From: Spartobacteria bacterium
GTDB lineage: Bacteria; Verrucomicrobiota; Verrucomicrobiia; Chthoniobacterales; Chthoniobacteraceae
DNA length: 16,000 bases
Assembly (NCBI GenBank): GCA_021324395.1
Contig: JAJPJG010000030.1
Span: 24,641-40,640 of the forward strand
Direction: 5' to 3'
Every line of letters begins with the position of its first letter. Positions within the stretch are counted from its first letter, which is position 1. This document shows, in pieces, positions 14,128-16,000 of this stretch. Both the position numbers and the translations under genes were made by a program. The notes beneath the pieces are model-generated. The model ran no database searches. It saw only the letters and a program-made list of their open reading frames with translations, and had not been told where the DNA came from.

Positions 14128-15701
14128 GGGATTGGTTCTGGTTTGTTTCCGTGCGTGTTGAGGGGAAGTTCGAGGCGGAAAGTCGCGCCGTGGCCGATGC
14201 CGTCGCTGTGCGCGGTGAGGCGTCCGCCCAATTCCTCCGCGGCGAGCACGCCGCTGTGCAGGCCAAAGCCGTGGCCGTTTTTTTTGGTCGTGAAACCATG
14301 CGCGAAAATCCGCGTTGCGTTTTCCGGCGCGATGCCGATGCCGTTGTCACTGAAGCTGACCGCGACGTGGCCGTCATGGCGACCGATCCGGACAATGAGC
14401 CGCTTATCGGCGCGGCCGCTGTCGCTGAGCGAATGTTTGGCATTGCTGATGAGATTGATGAGAATTTGCAGCACCTTGTGTTTTTCCACGGGCAGCGGCG
14501 GCGTCTCGGCATATTCGCGCACGACCTCGACGTGATGCCGGGCCAGCGCGGTCATGTTCATGCGCAGCGCGTCCTCGACGAGGCCCTCGATTAACAGCGT
14601 TTCGCGCACGCCGCCGACATCTTTCGCGTGGCTTTGCTGCACCTCGACGATTTCCTTAATGTGCTCGACGTTTTGCGCGAGCGACTGGAGTTCAGTCAGC
14701 AATTCCGTCTGCTCCTGCGCCAGCCGCGCGGAAAGTTTGGCGAGATAGTCTGGCAGTTTTTGTCCCGCCGGGTCACTGGTGAAAAACGCGGCAATGTCCC
14801 CGGCGCGCTCGCGCAGCAGTTCCGCGGTTTTTGCCACGCTGGAAATGCGCGACTTGCGCAGCTTGTCGGAAATGACCGAACAGGAGATATTGACGCTGTT
14901 TAGCACGTTGCCAACGTTATGCAAAACGCTGGTCGCCACCTCCGCCATGCCGGCCCGGCGCGAAGTCTCCAGCAGTTGTTTGTGGGCGCTCTCCAGCCTG
15001 GCTTCGGTTTCCTTGATCGCGGTGATGTCCTTGGAAATCCCGAATGTGCCAATGATCTCTCCGCTCACGTTCCGTAGCGGCATTTTGCTCGTCAGCGCCC
15101 AGGTGACGCGACCGTCGACCCACGTTTCTTTTTCCGCCTTGCTGATCAGCGGCTTGCCTGTGCGGATGATTTCCTGCTCGTCGTGGAATGCCTGCTGGGC
15201 GTGCTCTTTTGTGAAAAAATCGAAATCGGTTTTGCCGATGATCTCATCTCTGGAGTTCAGGTTGAGAGCCTTCGCAAAAATCTCACTGCTGCGGATGAAA
15301 CGTGACTCCCGATCCTTGAAATAAATGGAATCGATGCAGGAATCGAGCAGCGCGTTGAGCAGAAGGCGTTCAAAGGCCAGCTCGGTTTCCGCGCGTTTCC
15401 GTTCCGCGATTTCCGCGCGCAGCTCTTCATTATTACGCGACAAAGCGCATGTGCGCTGGCGAAGCAGTGCCGCAGCGGCGACTGTTCCCGCAAGGATGCC
15501 GCTGCAGGCGATCGTGACAAAATGCGGCTCCCGGCGGGCGATCGGTGGGAAGAGCACGTGTTCGATCCACTCGAAGCAAAATATCCCGAAAGCGGTCAGC
15601 AAAGCCGTAGCCGACATCACAGCAAGCTGTTTGTAGATCGCCGACAGCCGCTGAACGTAAGGCATAGAACGCTGGGGCATTATGGACTCTGGGGCAACCA
15701 T
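14115..15701 (-). CDS. Membrane-anchored PAS sensor histidine kinase with a non-canonical H-box (LHNVGNVLNS) and an extended DHp region
   Basis: 528 aa. Two N-terminal TM helices (LAVMSATALLTAFGIFCF; FVTIACSGILAGTVAAAALL) joined by a loop of about 15 aa. Coiled coil, then PAS (IYFKDRESRFIRSSEIFAKALNL...GKTDFDFF...ISKDIT). H261 in SVLHNVGNVLNSV (codon 14919-14921 verified). N-box LQILINLISNAKHSL. G1 DNGIGI. G2 GHGFGL. In-frame alternative ATG starts exist at codons 8 and 13. Confidence 0.85.
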   Translation of the reverse strand: MVAPESIMPQRSMPYVQRLSAIYKQLAVMSATALLTAFGIFCFEWIEHVLFPPIARREPHFVTIACSGILAGTVAAAALLRQRTCALSRNNEELRAEIAERKRAETELAFERLLLNALLDSCIDSIYFKDRESRFIRSSEIFAKALNLNSRDEIIGKTDFDFFTKEHAQQAFHDEQEIIRTGKPLISKAEKETWVDGRVTWALTSKMPLRNVSGEIIGTFGISKDITAIKETEARLESAHKQLLETSRRAGMAEVATSVLHNVGNVLNSVNISCSVISDKLRKSRISSVAKTAELLRERAGDIAAFFTSDPAGQKLPDYLAKLSARLAQEQTELLTELQSLAQNVEHIKEIVEVQQSHAKDVGGVRETLLIEGLVEDALRMNMTALARHHVEVVREYAETPPLPVEKHKVLQILINLISNAKHSLSDSGRADKRLIVRIGRHDGHVAVSFSDNGIGIAPENATRIFAHGFTTKKNGHGFGLHSGVLAAEELGGRLTAHSDGIGHGATFRLELPLNTHGNKPEPIPCTN

Positions 15702-15747
15702 GAGAAAGTTTCATTAGCTGCTGCCGTGCCGCCCAATGTTTGGCAAA

Positions 15748-15778
15748 CTACGTAATTTGTGATGTGGAAAATACGTAG
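15748..15778. promoter_or_regulatory. Inverted repeat CTACGTA-N17-TACGTAG in the promoter region of the kinase operon; function unknown
   Basis: Read directly: 15748-15754 ctacgta and 15772-15778 tacgtag (exact reverse complement). It lies 47-77 bp upstream of the kinase ATG (15701), in the 97-bp gap before the next ORF. Confidence 0.25.
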
Positions 15779-15798
15779 ATGCGCGGCCGCGTGCAGCG

Positions 15799-16000
15799 CT
15801 AGGCTCTTTTGTGCGACGGCTTCTCGCGCGTGATCGATGCGAGCAGCACTTCCCTCACGGTCGCGTCCGTCCGCGCCTCCGCGCTGAATTTCAGATACGC
15901 GCGCTTGTTCATCCGGTCGACCTGCCGGCAGAAAATCCGCAACGCACCGCGGGCGCTCGTGAGCGCCGCTTCGGCATCGGACGTTTCCTGCAATCGCTCC
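15799..16000 (-). CDS. C-terminal end of an unidentified protein; ORF is open to the right window edge
   Basis: The minus-strand frame reads ...ERLQETSDAEAALTSARGALRIFCRQVDRMNKRAYLKFSAEARTDATVREVLLASITREKPSHKRA* with its stop at 15799-15801. The frame continues open to position 16000, so the M in the ORF track is only a TTG artefact. I recognise no family motif. Confidence 0.4.
   Translation of the reverse strand, partial: ERLQETSDAEAALTSARGALRIFCRQVDRMNKRAYLKFSAEARTDATVREVLLASITREKPSHKRA

Noticed and set aside
1-16000. Scan for CRISPR arrays, tandem or interspersed repeats, IS elements, phage genes, toxin-antitoxin pairs and known defence-system signatures
   Set aside because: Nothing of the kind is visible. 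Every gap between the called genes is 266 bp or shorter, and the long ORFs have ordinary metabolic, redox or signalling identities. A by-eye scan cannot exclude short dispersed repeats; a self-dot-plot would settle it.

Overview
Gene-dense chromosomal window from a moderately GC-rich bacterium (GC judged by eye). I call 13 protein-coding genes, two of them cut by the window edges, and one tRNA. The planctomycete-type cytochrome c (PSCyt1) domain and the glycosidase content suggest the PVC superphylum, probably Verrucomicrobiota; this is inference only.

Layout, left to right:
1. A minus-strand glycosidase operon: GH2 (947-3520), then GH95 alpha-L-fucosidase (1-937). GH95 is cut by the left edge and is absent from the ORF track.
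2. A 266-bp divergent control region with three inverted repeats.
3. Plus-strand galE and a GH35 beta-galactosidase.
4. A minus-strand run of three exported or membrane proteins: a cytochrome b562-like protein, then a PSCyt1 c-type haem domain fused to a DUF2231-like 4-TM domain (4-nt TTGA overlap between the two), then an orphan secreted protein.
5. tRNA-Lys(CUU).
6. A beta-lactamase-family serine hydrolase and a PfkB sugar kinase (KdgK-like).
7. A minus-strand pair of overlapping signalling genes: a membrane PAS histidine kinase with an atypical H-box, then a REC-PAS-HK-REC hybrid kinase.
8. A partial unknown ORF at the right edge.

I found no CRISPR array, transposase, integrase, phage gene, toxin-antitoxin pair or recognisable defence system. 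The least ordinary element is the coupled b562-like / PSCyt1-DUF2231 haem-protein pair, followed by the output-less two-kinase module. Both are interesting but not dramatic. All family assignments come from motif recognition by eye and need HMM or BLAST confirmation.
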